Shown: one piece after another, positions 39,957 through 49,743 of the stretch
Numbering within the stretch: the first letter of the stretch is position 1
Layout: each line of letters opens with the position of its first letter
Virus record (IMG/VR): IMGVR_UViG_3300028886_000088
Span: 5,339-69,338 of that record
Source: a virus
Taxonomy: Duplodnaviria > Caudoviricetes
Direction: 5' to 3' (one strand)
DNA: 64,000 bases
Notes under the pieces: generated by a model
Databases searched by the model: none
Told to the model about the DNA's origin: nothing
What the model saw: only the letters and a program-made list of their open reading frames with translations
Program-made: the position numbers and the translations under genes

Positions 39957-40712
39957 TTAATTTTTTTCTTTAACTTTATCCCAAATTGTTTCTCTTATAT
40001 CATTAATCCAATGGTCATCAATTGCTGAATTGATAATTAAATTGAAAAAAATTTCATTTTGTAATTTTTCCGCTTGTTCAATTTCTTTGCTTGATGCATT
40101 TTCATTATCTAATGTTTCTAAAACATCATAATCCACATCACCAATATCGCATAAAATTGGATTATTTTTATTTCTTTTATAAAATTCATTAAAAGTTGTT
40201 TCTTGGTTTATATCATAATCCATAAACTTATAATTGTACCAACATTCTTTTTCTTCGTCTGACAAATCTTCATTTGTTATACATAACTTATGTCCTATTG
40301 ATTCCAACAATTGCTTATAATAAGCGATAAAATACCCCCAGTGTTCATTATCAAAAATCTCATACCACTTCTCTTGTAAAAAGAATTCTTTTGGTGTTAT
40401 CCGTTCACCACCACCGCTAATATTATATCCTTTTTTAATGTTGGTTGAATCATATTCATCAATCCATTTTTTTTCTGCTTCATTTAACAATTTAATCAAT
40501 TTTGTTGGTTCTTTATCCTCAACCTCTATTGTTTCAATTGTTTCTAATTTTGGCTCACCGTATTTAGCAATTGCTGCTTCACACACACAACAATGTTTGC
40601 GTTTTGATGCTCTCATATGTTGATTATGTCTTTCATTTACTGATGTTCTAGTTTGTCCAATATACACTTTGCCGTTAGGATATGTGTATTTATATATAAA
40701 ACCTCTTTTCAT
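39957..40712 (-). CDS. GIY-YIG endonuclease (Seg-like) with an acidic C-terminal extension
   Basis: GFIYKY....KVYIGQT...R...H, E..WI and GYN motifs. Confidence 0.85.
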   Translation of the reverse strand: MKRGFIYKYTYPNGKVYIGQTRTSVNERHNQHMRASKRKHCCVCEAAIAKYGEPKLETIETIEVEDKEPTKLIKLLNEAEKKWIDEYDSTNIKKGYNISGGGERITPKEFFLQEKWYEIFDNEHWGYFIAYYKQLLESIGHKLCITNEDLSDEEKECWYNYKFMDYDINQETTFNEFYKRNKNNPILCDIGDVDYDVLETLDNENASSKEIEQAEKLQNEIFFNLIINSAIDDHWINDIRETIWDKVKEKN

Positions 40713-40836
40713 AAATTTAAAATTAATGTCAACAAGTATATAGTTCCCTTATATTATTTTAAATAAAAAAGGCTGAATATAATAATACAATATTCAGCCA
40801 AAAAAAAACAAAACTATGGAAAAAACATGAACAAAT

Positions 40837-43323
40837 TTAATCTATATATATATTCCCATTTGATACAGATATGTTAAACACATAATTCTTTTCATAATCG
40901 TGTTTAAGAATCAAATCTGTTATATTATCTTCAATTGTATCTTGAATGTATCTTAATATTGGTCTTGCACCCAATTCTTTTTTCTTGGAGCAATCCTTTA
41001 CAATAAGATTTACAACATCGTTATTGTATTTAATGTTATAACCAATTGAATTTAATCTATTTGCAAATTTCTTAATTTCCAAGACTGTAATACCTTGAAG
41101 ATTTTCTTCCGTCAAATCATTGAAATATACTATTTGGTCAATTCTATTAATGAATTCTGGTGTGAATTTCTTTTTAATTTCTTTTTCAATGATTGCTTTT
41201 GAATTTTTTTCTTCATCTTCAACAAAACCGATGTTACCACCTAATTCTTGTGCTTTTTTTGTACCAACATTTGATGTCATAAGAATAATTGTATTCTTGA
41301 AATTGACTATTTGACCACTACCGTCTGTCAATCTTCCTTCATCAAACAATTGCAAGAAAACATTATACACTTCTTCGTTTGCTTTTTCTATTTCATCAAG
41401 TAAAATGACGCAATATTGCTTGTTTTTGATTTTTTCAGTCAATTGACCACCATTATCATAACCAATATATCCAGGTGATGTTCCAGTTAATTTTGATACA
41501 CTATTTTTTTCAGAATATTCTGACATATCTATTCTCACAAGTGCATTTTCGTCACCAAAAACCTCTTCTGCAAGTTTTTTGGCAATGAGTGTTTTGCCAA
41601 CACCACTTTTACCAACCAAAAGCATTGTTGATATTGGCTTGTTTTTATTGCCCAATCCAATTTTATTTCTTTTGATTGCCCTACAAATCTTGTCAATTGC
41701 ATCATCTTGCCCAATGATGTCTTGTTTCAATACACTATCAATATTAGCCAATCTTGTTTTTTCATCTGTTGTTGTTTTGGATATTGGTATGTTTGTCATT
41801 TCCGATATTGTTTTGCAAATATCATCAACATCTATTGTTTGTGTATATTTATCAATGTTTTTCTTATAATCCTTGTTTATTGAGTTGTATTCTGATTTTA
41901 ATGTGTTTTCAATCGTCAATATTTCATCAACTGATTCGAAATCCCCATTATCAGCCATTATTTTCTTTTTTTCACTTAATTTTTTTAATTCATTATCAAT
42001 ATCAATCAGTCTTTGTGGCTTGTTATTTTCCAAACAAGTTTTTGCGCCACTTAAATCGAGTACATCAATTGCTGAATCTGGTAAACTTCTTGTCGAAATA
42101 TATCTTTCAGCCAAATCAACACATTTAATTAATGCTTCATCTGTATATTTTACATTATGATATTCCTCATAATAATGCTTGTTTTGCTTTAATATTTCCA
42201 ATGTTTCTTCTTTTGATGATGGCTCAATAACTAATTTTTGGAATCTTCTTGATAACATTGGATTTGATTCAATTGTACTTTTATAATCCTTGAAAGTTGT
42301 TGTACCAATTACCTTGATTTTATTATCAGCCAAAATTTCATTTATTAGGGATGAAATGTCAGAATCCTTTTCTTTTGTGTTTGATTTAAGAACTGTATGA
42401 ATGTCATCAATAAACAGAATGTAATTCTCATTCGATTTCATTTCATCGAACAATCCTTTGATTCTTTCTTCAAAAGAACCTCTTAAAATTGTACCAGATA
42501 TTAACGCTGAAACATTTAATTGAACCACATGCATATTTTTAATGAATTCAATTGAATTATCGTGTTCAATCAGATTAACCAATCCGTGAATAATTGCCGT
42601 TTTTCCGCATCCACTGTTTCCAACCAACACTACGTTGTTTTTTCTGCGCCTTGCTAAAAGTTTTATTATCTGTTCAATTTCGGTTTTTCTACCAATCAGT
42701 TCATCCAATTTACCTTCTCTTGCCATTTTATTCAAATCAATTGTATATGTGGATATATAATTGTTTTTTTGCATTAGCATTTTAGGGTTTATGTCGCTTT
42801 TTAATTCAATAAATTTTGGCATGTTTATCGGTGTGTTGTTTTTTAATATGTTAATATTGTTGTTTAATATTTTTCTTGCTTTTTCATTGCATTTGTTCAA
42901 AATGAACATATAGTCAATTCCAACATTTTTGAATATGTTAATCATTTTGTTGTTTTCATTTGATGGATTAAGCATCGACAATAAAATATGCTCAGAACCA
43001 ATTAACTTTGAATTGGTGTACTTAATCTCATTTGAAGCATTATTTAAAATGCTTTCAAGTTCTTGTGAAAACGTTTTGTTTGTGTAATTATTTGTTGTTG
43101 AATGTTCATTCAAGTAACTGATAAAAACATTTCTTAATTTGTCTATGTTTTCTGTCATCAGACAATTATCCAAAATTATGTTCGCATGACACTTTCTTTT
43201 ATCAAGTATTGCTGTAACCAAATGCTCTTGGGTTATTGTTTTTGACGGGAATTCGTTTATTAGAACGTCTTCCATATAACTTAGCAAATCGTTAAGTTCC
43301 TTTGTATAGTTCTTGTTATCCAT
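40837..43323 (-). CDS. clpC: ClpC/ClpB-family AAA+ chaperone with an IGF-type ClpP-docking loop
   Basis: N-domain, GNSGCGKT, short M-domain, GKSGVGKT, LLDEIEKA, GGNIGF and PEFINRID. Confidence 0.85.
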   Translation of the reverse strand: MDNKNYTKELNDLLSYMEDVLINEFPSKTITQEHLVTAILDKRKCHANIILDNCLMTENIDKLRNVFISYLNEHSTTNNYTNKTFSQELESILNNASNEIKYTNSKLIGSEHILLSMLNPSNENNKMINIFKNVGIDYMFILNKCNEKARKILNNNINILKNNTPINMPKFIELKSDINPKMLMQKNNYISTYTIDLNKMAREGKLDELIGRKTEIEQIIKLLARRRKNNVVLVGNSGCGKTAIIHGLVNLIEHDNSIEFIKNMHVVQLNVSALISGTILRGSFEERIKGLFDEMKSNENYILFIDDIHTVLKSNTKEKDSDISSLINEILADNKIKVIGTTTFKDYKSTIESNPMLSRRFQKLVIEPSSKEETLEILKQNKHYYEEYHNVKYTDEALIKCVDLAERYISTRSLPDSAIDVLDLSGAKTCLENNKPQRLIDIDNELKKLSEKKKIMADNGDFESVDEILTIENTLKSEYNSINKDYKKNIDKYTQTIDVDDICKTISEMTNIPISKTTTDEKTRLANIDSVLKQDIIGQDDAIDKICRAIKRNKIGLGNKNKPISTMLLVGKSGVGKTLIAKKLAEEVFGDENALVRIDMSEYSEKNSVSKLTGTSPGYIGYDNGGQLTEKIKNKQYCVILLDEIEKANEEVYNVFLQLFDEGRLTDGSGQIVNFKNTIILMTSNVGTKKAQELGGNIGFVEDEEKNSKAIIEKEIKKKFTPEFINRIDQIVYFNDLTEENLQGITVLEIKKFANRLNSIGYNIKYNNDVVNLIVKDCSKKKELGARPILRYIQDTIEDNITDLILKHDYEKNYVFNISVSNGNIYID

Positions 43324-43397
43324 TTATCACTTAATCTTGTTTATTTAAAATATAGTTTTTTTTATTTATTTGTCAAGTGAAAAAAAATCCAAAAATA

Positions 43398-43431
43398 TTT
43401 GTTTTTTATTTTAATTTTTTATATATTTGCA
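43398..43431 (+). promoter_or_regulatory. Bacteroidota sigma-A type early promoter
   Basis: TTTG-N20-TATATTTGCA. Confidence 0.75.
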
Positions 43432-43831
43432 AAAAAAATATATGGGGAAAATAATTTCTAAATATGAAAATGATTTGGATAAATGCTGGTTTGAAAGTTC
43501 AAATGTGCTTTATTCTGAATGCGATGACAAGAATAACCAACTCAAAACGGTAAGAATAACATTCAAGGATGGAACAACTTATGAATATTACGATGTTGCT
43601 GTTCAAGATTATCTGTTATTCAGAGAAAGCGCATCGAGTGGAAAAGGTTTTTTCAAATACATAAAGAACCACGAATTTACCAAATTGGAAGAAAAGAAAG
43701 ATGTTGAACAGATTAAAGAACAATTGAAAGTATTGCTAGAAGAAGCAATGGAAATAACAAAGGAAAACGAAGAAACAGATGGAAATAAACGAGATTCATG
43801 TCAAGAGCAAGATTGTGAAAATATCATATGA
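43427..43831 (+). CDS. KTSC domain protein (probable ATG at 43441)
   Basis: SSNV.YS.....L..V.ITFKDG..YEYYDV....Y..F....S.GK.F. Confidence 0.75.
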   Translation: MQKKYMGKIISKYENDLDKCWFESSNVLYSECDDKNNQLKTVRITFKDGTTYEYYDVAVQDYLLFRESASSGKGFFKYIKNHEFTKLEEKKDVEQIKEQLKVLLEEAMEITKENEETDGNKRDSCQEQDCENII

Positions 43832-43949
43832 TAATGATGCTAAAATATTGCATGTGGAAACTGACTTAGACCCATCAATAATAGATGCCAATTTTAATGA
43901 ATTGGAAAGTAGAATAAATAAAATTGAGAAACAATTAAATATAAAATGA
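43779..43949 (+). CDS. small hypothetical protein (56 aa; not in the ORF track)
   Basis: MEINEIHVKSK...KQLNIK; TGA overlaps the ATG of the next gene. Confidence 0.5.
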   Translation: MEINEIHVKSKIVKISYDNDAKILHVETDLDPSIIDANFNELESRINKIEKQLNIK

Positions 43950-44674
43950 TTGAATTGTATAATGATGAGTGTATTAAAATAATGCAACAGTTAATAAATA
44001 AAGGGGTTAAAGTCGATGCTGTTATTGCAGATATACCATATGGAATACATAATAATAAATTTGATGAAATAATTCCTTTTGATGATATGTGGAATTGTCT
44101 TATAAGACTTATTAAACCAAAAGGAAACATAGTTCTATTTGCTAGTGGATTGTTTACTTATAAACTTGCCCTTTCAAATGAAAAAATGTTTAGATATGAA
44201 CTTATATGGAAAAAATCAAAATGCGGCTCACCACTTACTGCAAAATATATGCCTTTGAAAAAACATGAAAACATATTAGTTTTTGGAGAAAGTGCTTCTT
44301 ATTATGACCCACAAATGCAAGAAGGAAAACCATATAAAAGAAAATATACACCTAATAAAATAAACAATATGAAATATGGGATAAAGGGTGTTGAAACAGA
44401 TAACAAAGGAACGAGACATCCAACAACAATTCTTGATTTCCCTCAAAAATGGAGAAGGCAAGACCAATTACATCCAACGCAAAAACCCGTAGAATTGATG
44501 GAGTTTTTGGTGAAATCATATTGTCCAGAAAATGGCTTGGTTTTAGATTTTACTATGGGTAGTGGAAGTACGGGGGTTGCATGTAAAAATACCAATAGAA
44601 ATTTTATTGGTATTGAAATTGATGAAAAATATTATAATATAGCAAAAGAAAGAATTGAAAATGATTTTAACTGA
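43946..44674 (+). CDS. DNA methyltransferase (N6-A/N4-C, beta class)
   Basis: DIPYG, HPTQKP and VLDFTMGSGSTG. Confidence 0.92.
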   Translation: MIELYNDECIKIMQQLINKGVKVDAVIADIPYGIHNNKFDEIIPFDDMWNCLIRLIKPKGNIVLFASGLFTYKLALSNEKMFRYELIWKKSKCGSPLTAKYMPLKKHENILVFGESASYYDPQMQEGKPYKRKYTPNKINNMKYGIKGVETDNKGTRHPTTILDFPQKWRRQDQLHPTQKPVELMEFLVKSYCPENGLVLDFTMGSGSTGVACKNTNRNFIGIEIDEKYYNIAKERIENDFN

Positions 44675-44909
44675 TAGAGATAATACTATGGACTATTACG
44701 ATTGTGGATTTACTAATGGTATGTCAAGTAATTTGGCTAGTGTTCGAACAACAAATGATTATTCAACAGAAAATAATTATATTATATCTTCTAATTCAAC
44801 ACCTATTACTTTAAGTGAAATAGATTTTTTGAATTATAGGATTGAAAATTTAGAAAAAACTGTTGAACAAATGAAGGATATATTAAGATTAATGAATATA
44901 GATATTTGA
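44655..44909 (+). CDS. hypothetical protein
   Basis: Coupled ORF between the methyltransferase and thyA; coiled-coil C-terminus. Confidence 0.5.
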   Translation: MKMILTDRDNTMDYYDCGFTNGMSSNLASVRTTNDYSTENNYIISSNSTPITLSEIDFLNYRIENLEKTVEQMKDILRLMNIDI

Positions 44910-46093
44910 ATATGAATAATGTAGATAAACAATATTTGGATTTATGTGCTGATATTTTGCACAATGGTGTAGTAAAAGACACTAGAAGTGGAACAGTTCA
45001 GTCAGTTTTTGGCAGACAACTCAGATTCAATTTGTCCGATGGTTTACCAATTTTAACAACTAAAAAGGTTTATACCAAAGGTATTATTCATGAATTGTTA
45101 TGGTTCTTAAAGGGTGACACAAACATTAAATATCTAGTTGAGAACAATGTACATATTTGGGATGCTGATGCATACAGATATTATTGTGAAAAAGTTAAAA
45201 AGCACAATGAAATATTGGAATATTTCAATGAGCAATATAGAATAACAAAATCGTCTGCTTATAATGTATATCCTTGGTACCAGCATATGGAAATAGAACC
45301 AATGGACGTATTTTTAGATAATGTTTTGAAAAGGAAAAGTATTTTTTTGAATGATAAACCATATTATTTTGAAGTTTCTAAATACAACTATACTTATGGT
45401 GATTTAGGTAAGGTTTATGGAAAACAGTGGAGAGCATTTGGAAATCCGCAAATTGACCAAATAATGGATTTGATAGAAAAACTTAAAACAAATCCAGATG
45501 ATAGAAGAATGCTTTGCGTTGCATTTAATCCAAGTGATATGGATGAAATGGCACTTCCACCTTGTCACGTTATGTTTCAATTATATACAAAACCAATGAC
45601 AGAATATGAACGTTTGAAGTATGCAAATGAACATAATCTAGTTGATTATGATACATATCAACATTTGGTAATGGAGCAATCTAAATTAGCAACTTTAAGC
45701 CATGATAATGGGGAACTAGAAATATATAGAAAAGAATTAGATGGATTCAAAATTCCAAAAAGAAAATTGAGTTTGATGTGGACGCAAAGAAGCGTGGATG
45801 TTGGTTTGGGTTTACCATTTAACATAACATCTTATGCGATTTTGACCCATATATTTGCCAAATTTGCAAATATGATACCAGATGAATTGATTTGTTCTCT
45901 TGGTGATTGCCACATTTATTTCAATGAATTTGAAGGAATAAAAACACAGTTGGAACGAAAGGGATTTGATAAATTACCAAAATTGATTATTGAAGGTAAT
46001 CAGTCAAGAGTTGAGGATTTTAAGTATGATGATTTCAAGATAATTGATTATAAGAGTGAAGATGCAATAAAAATGCCATTAAGCGTTGGATAA
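44906..46093 (+). CDS. thyA: thymidylate synthase with insertions
   Basis: ELLWFLKGDTN, LG.VYGKQWR, DDRRM, LPPCH, QRSVDVGLGLPFN and HIY. Confidence 0.95.
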   Translation: MNMNNVDKQYLDLCADILHNGVVKDTRSGTVQSVFGRQLRFNLSDGLPILTTKKVYTKGIIHELLWFLKGDTNIKYLVENNVHIWDADAYRYYCEKVKKHNEILEYFNEQYRITKSSAYNVYPWYQHMEIEPMDVFLDNVLKRKSIFLNDKPYYFEVSKYNYTYGDLGKVYGKQWRAFGNPQIDQIMDLIEKLKTNPDDRRMLCVAFNPSDMDEMALPPCHVMFQLYTKPMTEYERLKYANEHNLVDYDTYQHLVMEQSKLATLSHDNGELEIYRKELDGFKIPKRKLSLMWTQRSVDVGLGLPFNITSYAILTHIFAKFANMIPDELICSLGDCHIYFNEFEGIKTQLERKGFDKLPKLIIEGNQSRVEDFKYDDFKIIDYKSEDAIKMPLSVG

Positions 46094-46209
46094 TTTTTTT
46101 GTTTTCATTATAGATAGTTTTTTTGTAGGTGGTGATAGTCAATTGACTATCACCATTTTTTTTTGTTTTTTTCTTAATATTTATATAAAAAGAATTTTTA
46201 AAAAAAAAT

Positions 46210-47214
46210 ATGGAAAATGATGATAGAATATTAATGAGGGCAACTCCCGAATGGATTGAGAAAAAATACAATGAAATGAACCAATTATTATTTAACGGTT
46301 CATTAGGTCAATGTAATTTTGGGTTGTTTTCTAGTGGAAGGGGTTCAGAAGGTGGTTGGCTTGGAAGATTCAGAATTGGTGGAAAAATTGTTGTAAATAG
46401 AGTAACAAGGCAAATGTCTACCAAACCTAAAAGTAGTGGTTTTATTTTCGTTGAAGGTACTACAATCAGACAATACAATTTCTATAATTTATGTCAACCG
46501 TATATTGAATTCAATAGTCATTATCAAGCAACAGAAGATGCTTTGCTGCATGTGCTTGTTCACGAAATGTGCCATTATTACACATATATGTATGGTAAAG
46601 CACCAAAACAAGGTCACGGTACTGAATTTAAACAAATTGCCCAACGTATATATAATGTTTCGAATGGAAAATTCAATATAACAACACATTGTGATTCTGC
46701 TGCGTTTGCAAATTTTAAGTTAGATGATGATATGGCTAAAAAGAAAGAGACAAGAAAAGAAAATAAAAAATCAAAAGCCACTGCTATTTTAGTTTTTACT
46801 GAAAATCATATTGAACTTTCTTTAATTTCATCTACAAATCAATCACTTTTAAATAGAATAATCAATGTGAACACAAATAAAGATAAATTTAGGGAAGATA
46901 AAAGAGGAAAAACAACTGCCATTTGGACATCAAACGATTCTGATTTCATAAACTTATTATTTAATAATGGTTATTCAAGAGTTTTCAGAACATACAAGTA
47001 TTGGAATATTGAAAATAAACCATTTGTAGAAGAATTATTTAATTTACCACATGAAGTTATATTTGAAAACAATATGAAAGAAAACAAGAAAACAATATCA
47101 CAGATTATCAACGAGGAAATAAATTCCTATTTTAATAATCAAACAAAAGGTGAATATATTGAAATTACTCCAGATATGGATTTGAGTGAATATTCTCCTT
47201 TAGAAATAAATTAA
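46210..47214 (+). CDS. SprT-like zinc metalloprotease with a C-terminal head-type helix
   Basis: YNEMNQLLF.G.L, VLVHEMCH and HG.EFK; C-terminal ISQIINEEI. Confidence 0.8.
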   Translation: MENDDRILMRATPEWIEKKYNEMNQLLFNGSLGQCNFGLFSSGRGSEGGWLGRFRIGGKIVVNRVTRQMSTKPKSSGFIFVEGTTIRQYNFYNLCQPYIEFNSHYQATEDALLHVLVHEMCHYYTYMYGKAPKQGHGTEFKQIAQRIYNVSNGKFNITTHCDSAAFANFKLDDDMAKKKETRKENKKSKATAILVFTENHIELSLISSTNQSLLNRIINVNTNKDKFREDKRGKTTAIWTSNDSDFINLLFNNGYSRVFRTYKYWNIENKPFVEELFNLPHEVIFENNMKENKKTISQIINEEINSYFNNQTKGEYIEITPDMDLSEYSPLEIN

Positions 47215-47307
47215 TATGAATATAGTTTAAACGAATAAATGTTAAAAAAAATATAAATTCTTAACTTTTTTATATTTAATAAAATATTTATAAGAAAAAA
47301 TAAAATT

Positions 47308-47493
47308 ATGGTAAGTTTTTATAGAGAACATGAAGAAGTTGGATTCAAATCCATGCATCAAATAGAAGAAGTATGCTATATCAAGCATAACATTGTGGAA
47401 AACCCATTGAGTTTCCTTAACTCTTTCACAAGAGAGGCTAAAATGACACATGAAGATTTGGAAGTTCCAATGTGCAGAATAAATAGACATTAA
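47308..47493 (+). CDS. small hypothetical protein
   Basis: 61-aa ORF in an isolated intergenic position. Confidence 0.45.
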   Translation: MVSFYREHEEVGFKSMHQIEEVCYIKHNIVENPLSFLNSFTREAKMTHEDLEVPMCRINRH

Positions 47494-47564
47494 TTTTTTA
47501 ACTTTTTGATAATTAGTGTGTATTTATTATTATAATTAAATGAAAAAATTTTATATATAAAATT

Positions 47565-49232
47565 ATGAACAATAAAATTAACGAAGAACTTAGTAGAATC
47601 AAGTCAATGATGACTTATGGCTTGCAAACTGAGGGTAAAAAGCAGTATAGTACAGTTGAATATAGCAAGGAAGGTGCTGACGGAAAAATGTATGGAATTG
47701 TTCGTGAAGGTACTAAATACTATATCAAGATTGGAAAGACAAAGAAAGATAATCTTTTAAAGGAAAACTATGATTATATCGGTGGTTTCGCAAACAGAAA
47801 GAACAACGAATATAATAGTTATGCAAATGCCTTGAAACAGTTTGACCTTAAAATGATGTCATTGAAAGAAGCCAATGCAAACGGAAAGAACATTGTTGTG
47901 GAATCTTGGAATCCAGACAAAAATGAGGAACTTACTGTTGAGGCTACAAACAAGATGCGCAATGAAATTATGCGTCAAAAGCAAATTATGGGCAATGCAA
48001 AACTTATCAACGAAGGTAAGGGTTGTGAATGCTGCGGTAAGGGTGGTGACCCATTCTGCTGCTCAGTAGAAGATGAATTCGCTGACAACGAAGACAACAA
48101 CATCAAAGGCAAGGATAATGGCAAGGGTGTAAGATATGATGACAAGAAATCAAAGGCTGTAAACGAAAAGGCTGACAGATTGGCTTGGCATAAGACTGGT
48201 GGTGACGCACAAGAAACCATTGCAGATACCTATATGGATAAATCTCACGGTACTGAAGTAGGTGATGATTCCCCATTTACAGAACCAAGACATACAAATG
48301 GCAAGGAAATGGAAAATGGTGTTGTTCAAGAACATAATACAGCAATGGCTTATGCTTCTGATAACCAAAATTCTCCAGAACCAGGCGTAGGCCCAATTGG
48401 TGATGACCAACCATTTGATGGTGAAAAGGGAACACAAATCAACGAAGATTTGAATCCAGATGAATATAACACAGAAGATGAATTGGATTTGTCTGATGGC
48501 GATGATTTTGAAGAAGATGGCTCGCCAGCACCATTTGATGGTGAAGAAACAGACCCAAGTTTGGATAGTTCATTTGATGATGATGCTGATGTAGATGCTG
48601 ATATTGATGCTGATGTAGATGCTGATATTGATGCAGATGCTGATGTAGATGCTGATGTAAAGGCTGAAGGTGATGATATGGAATCTCGTTTAAGTTCTAT
48701 TGAATCTACTTTGCAAACAATCTTGGACAAGATTTCTGATTTGGAAAGTGCTGAATTCGATGACGATGATGACCTTTTCGATGATGATGATTTGGATGAT
48801 GATGTTGAAGAAGATGACGAAGAAGAACCAGTAGAATATGAACTTGGTGATGATGGCGAAGATTTTGGCGATGATGAAGAACCAATGGATGATGAAGAAC
48901 CAACTGAAATTTACGAATCGGCATCTTATCGCAGAATGAAATTGGCAGAAGCAAGAAAAAGACAAAGAATGTTGAACGAAGAAAATCGTTTGAATGACTT
49001 TGGTAAACATCCAGCATATAGAAAAGTACCAATGCAACTTCCACCAACTGGTGAAGACAGTAACAAGCACGGACGTGATTGGAATGACGAAAGTGTTCAT
49101 AGCGAACAACCATATGGCGAAAAGATAGGTAGCGGAAAACCTTTTGACATTAGTCCAGAAGCAATCCAAAATTCAATTGCAGAAAGCGTTAGAAGTTTTT
49201 TAAAAAAAAAAGATAACAGAGGAAGAAGATAA
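47565..49232 (+). CDS. highly acidic head-associated (scaffold/core-like) protein
   Basis: INEELSRIKSMM leader, many (I/L/V)xE sites, D/E-rich region. Confidence 0.55.
   Translation: MNNKINEELSRIKSMMTYGLQTEGKKQYSTVEYSKEGADGKMYGIVREGTKYYIKIGKTKKDNLLKENYDYIGGFANRKNNEYNSYANALKQFDLKMMSLKEANANGKNIVVESWNPDKNEELTVEATNKMRNEIMRQKQIMGNAKLINEGKGCECCGKGGDPFCCSVEDEFADNEDNNIKGKDNGKGVRYDDKKSKAVNEKADRLAWHKTGGDAQETIADTYMDKSHGTEVGDDSPFTEPRHTNGKEMENGVVQEHNTAMAYASDNQNSPEPGVGPIGDDQPFDGEKGTQINEDLNPDEYNTEDELDLSDGDDFEEDGSPAPFDGEETDPSLDSSFDDDADVDADIDADVDADIDADADVDADVKAEGDDMESRLSSIESTLQTILDKISDLESAEFDDDDDLFDDDDLDDDVEEDDEEEPVEYELGDDGEDFGDDEEPMDDEEPTEIYESASYRRMKLAEARKRQRMLNEENRLNDFGKHPAYRKVPMQLPPTGEDSNKHGRDWNDESVHSEQPYGEKIGSGKPFDISPEAIQNSIAESVRSFLKKKDNRGRR
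48582..48659 (+). repeat. coding DADV/DADI tandem repeat
   Basis: gatgctgatgta/gatgctgatatt units. Confidence 0.8.
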
Positions 49233-49245
49233 AAGACCAAAAAGG

Positions 49246-49743
49246 TTGGAAATTCCTCAAGAAATTCTTGATAATCTAGGTGGTTCTGATGAAAATTTTG
49301 ATATGCCTCAAGACCCAAATATGATGGGCGATGACCCAAATATGATGGGAAATGAAAACCCTAACATGATGGGTGATGAACAAGACCCAAATATGATGGG
49401 AAATGAGCCGAGTGATATGGATAATGACCCCAATATGATGGGTGATGATACAATTGGTGATGATGCAAATTCAAGCCCATTGGACAAACAGATAACAGAT
49501 GCGTTGGGTGGTATTACAAATGACAAAGACAAGGAAACAGTATTGAATTACATCAATAGTTTGGCTAACAAAGGTCAAGAAAGTGGTGGCGATATGGATG
49601 CTGATGTGGATATGCAAGGTGATGCAATGCAAAACATGCAAGAATCATTTGTAAAGGAAATGAATTTGGTTTCAGAACCAAGACAAGCCAAAAGAAACAA
49701 AAAGGAAATAGCAAAGCCTAGAAAAAGTCCTTGGATTTTCTAA
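49246..49743 (+). CDS. DPNMMG-repeat acidic protein; frame open from 49204, possible frameshift extension of 47565..49232
   Basis: No ATG before 49302; the frame begins inside the T6A10G run. Confidence 0.55.
   Translation: MEIPQEILDNLGGSDENFDMPQDPNMMGDDPNMMGNENPNMMGDEQDPNMMGNEPSDMDNDPNMMGDDTIGDDANSSPLDKQITDALGGITNDKDKETVLNYINSLANKGQESGGDMDADVDMQGDAMQNMQESFVKEMNLVSEPRQAKRNKKEIAKPRKSPWIF

Larger units (their letters stand above)
38633..40748 (-). mobile_element. 2,116-bp TIR-bounded element carrying GIY-YIG endonuclease, TnpB and omegaRNA; no transposase
   Basis: Perfect 22-bp TIRs at 38633-38654 and 40727-40748; exact 8-bp direct repeat ttatatta at 38625-38632 and 40749-40756. Confidence 0.92.

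Noticed and set aside
39892-39960. IS200/IS605 left-end hairpin or tnpA upstream of tnpB
   Set aside because: Only an AT-rich promoter-like spacer is present. No Y1 or serine transposase ORF is in the window.
44906-46093. ThyA-like gene as a dCMP hydroxymethylase for modified DNA
   Set aside because: It keeps the PFN Asn that specifies dUMP; the motifs are canonical ThyA.
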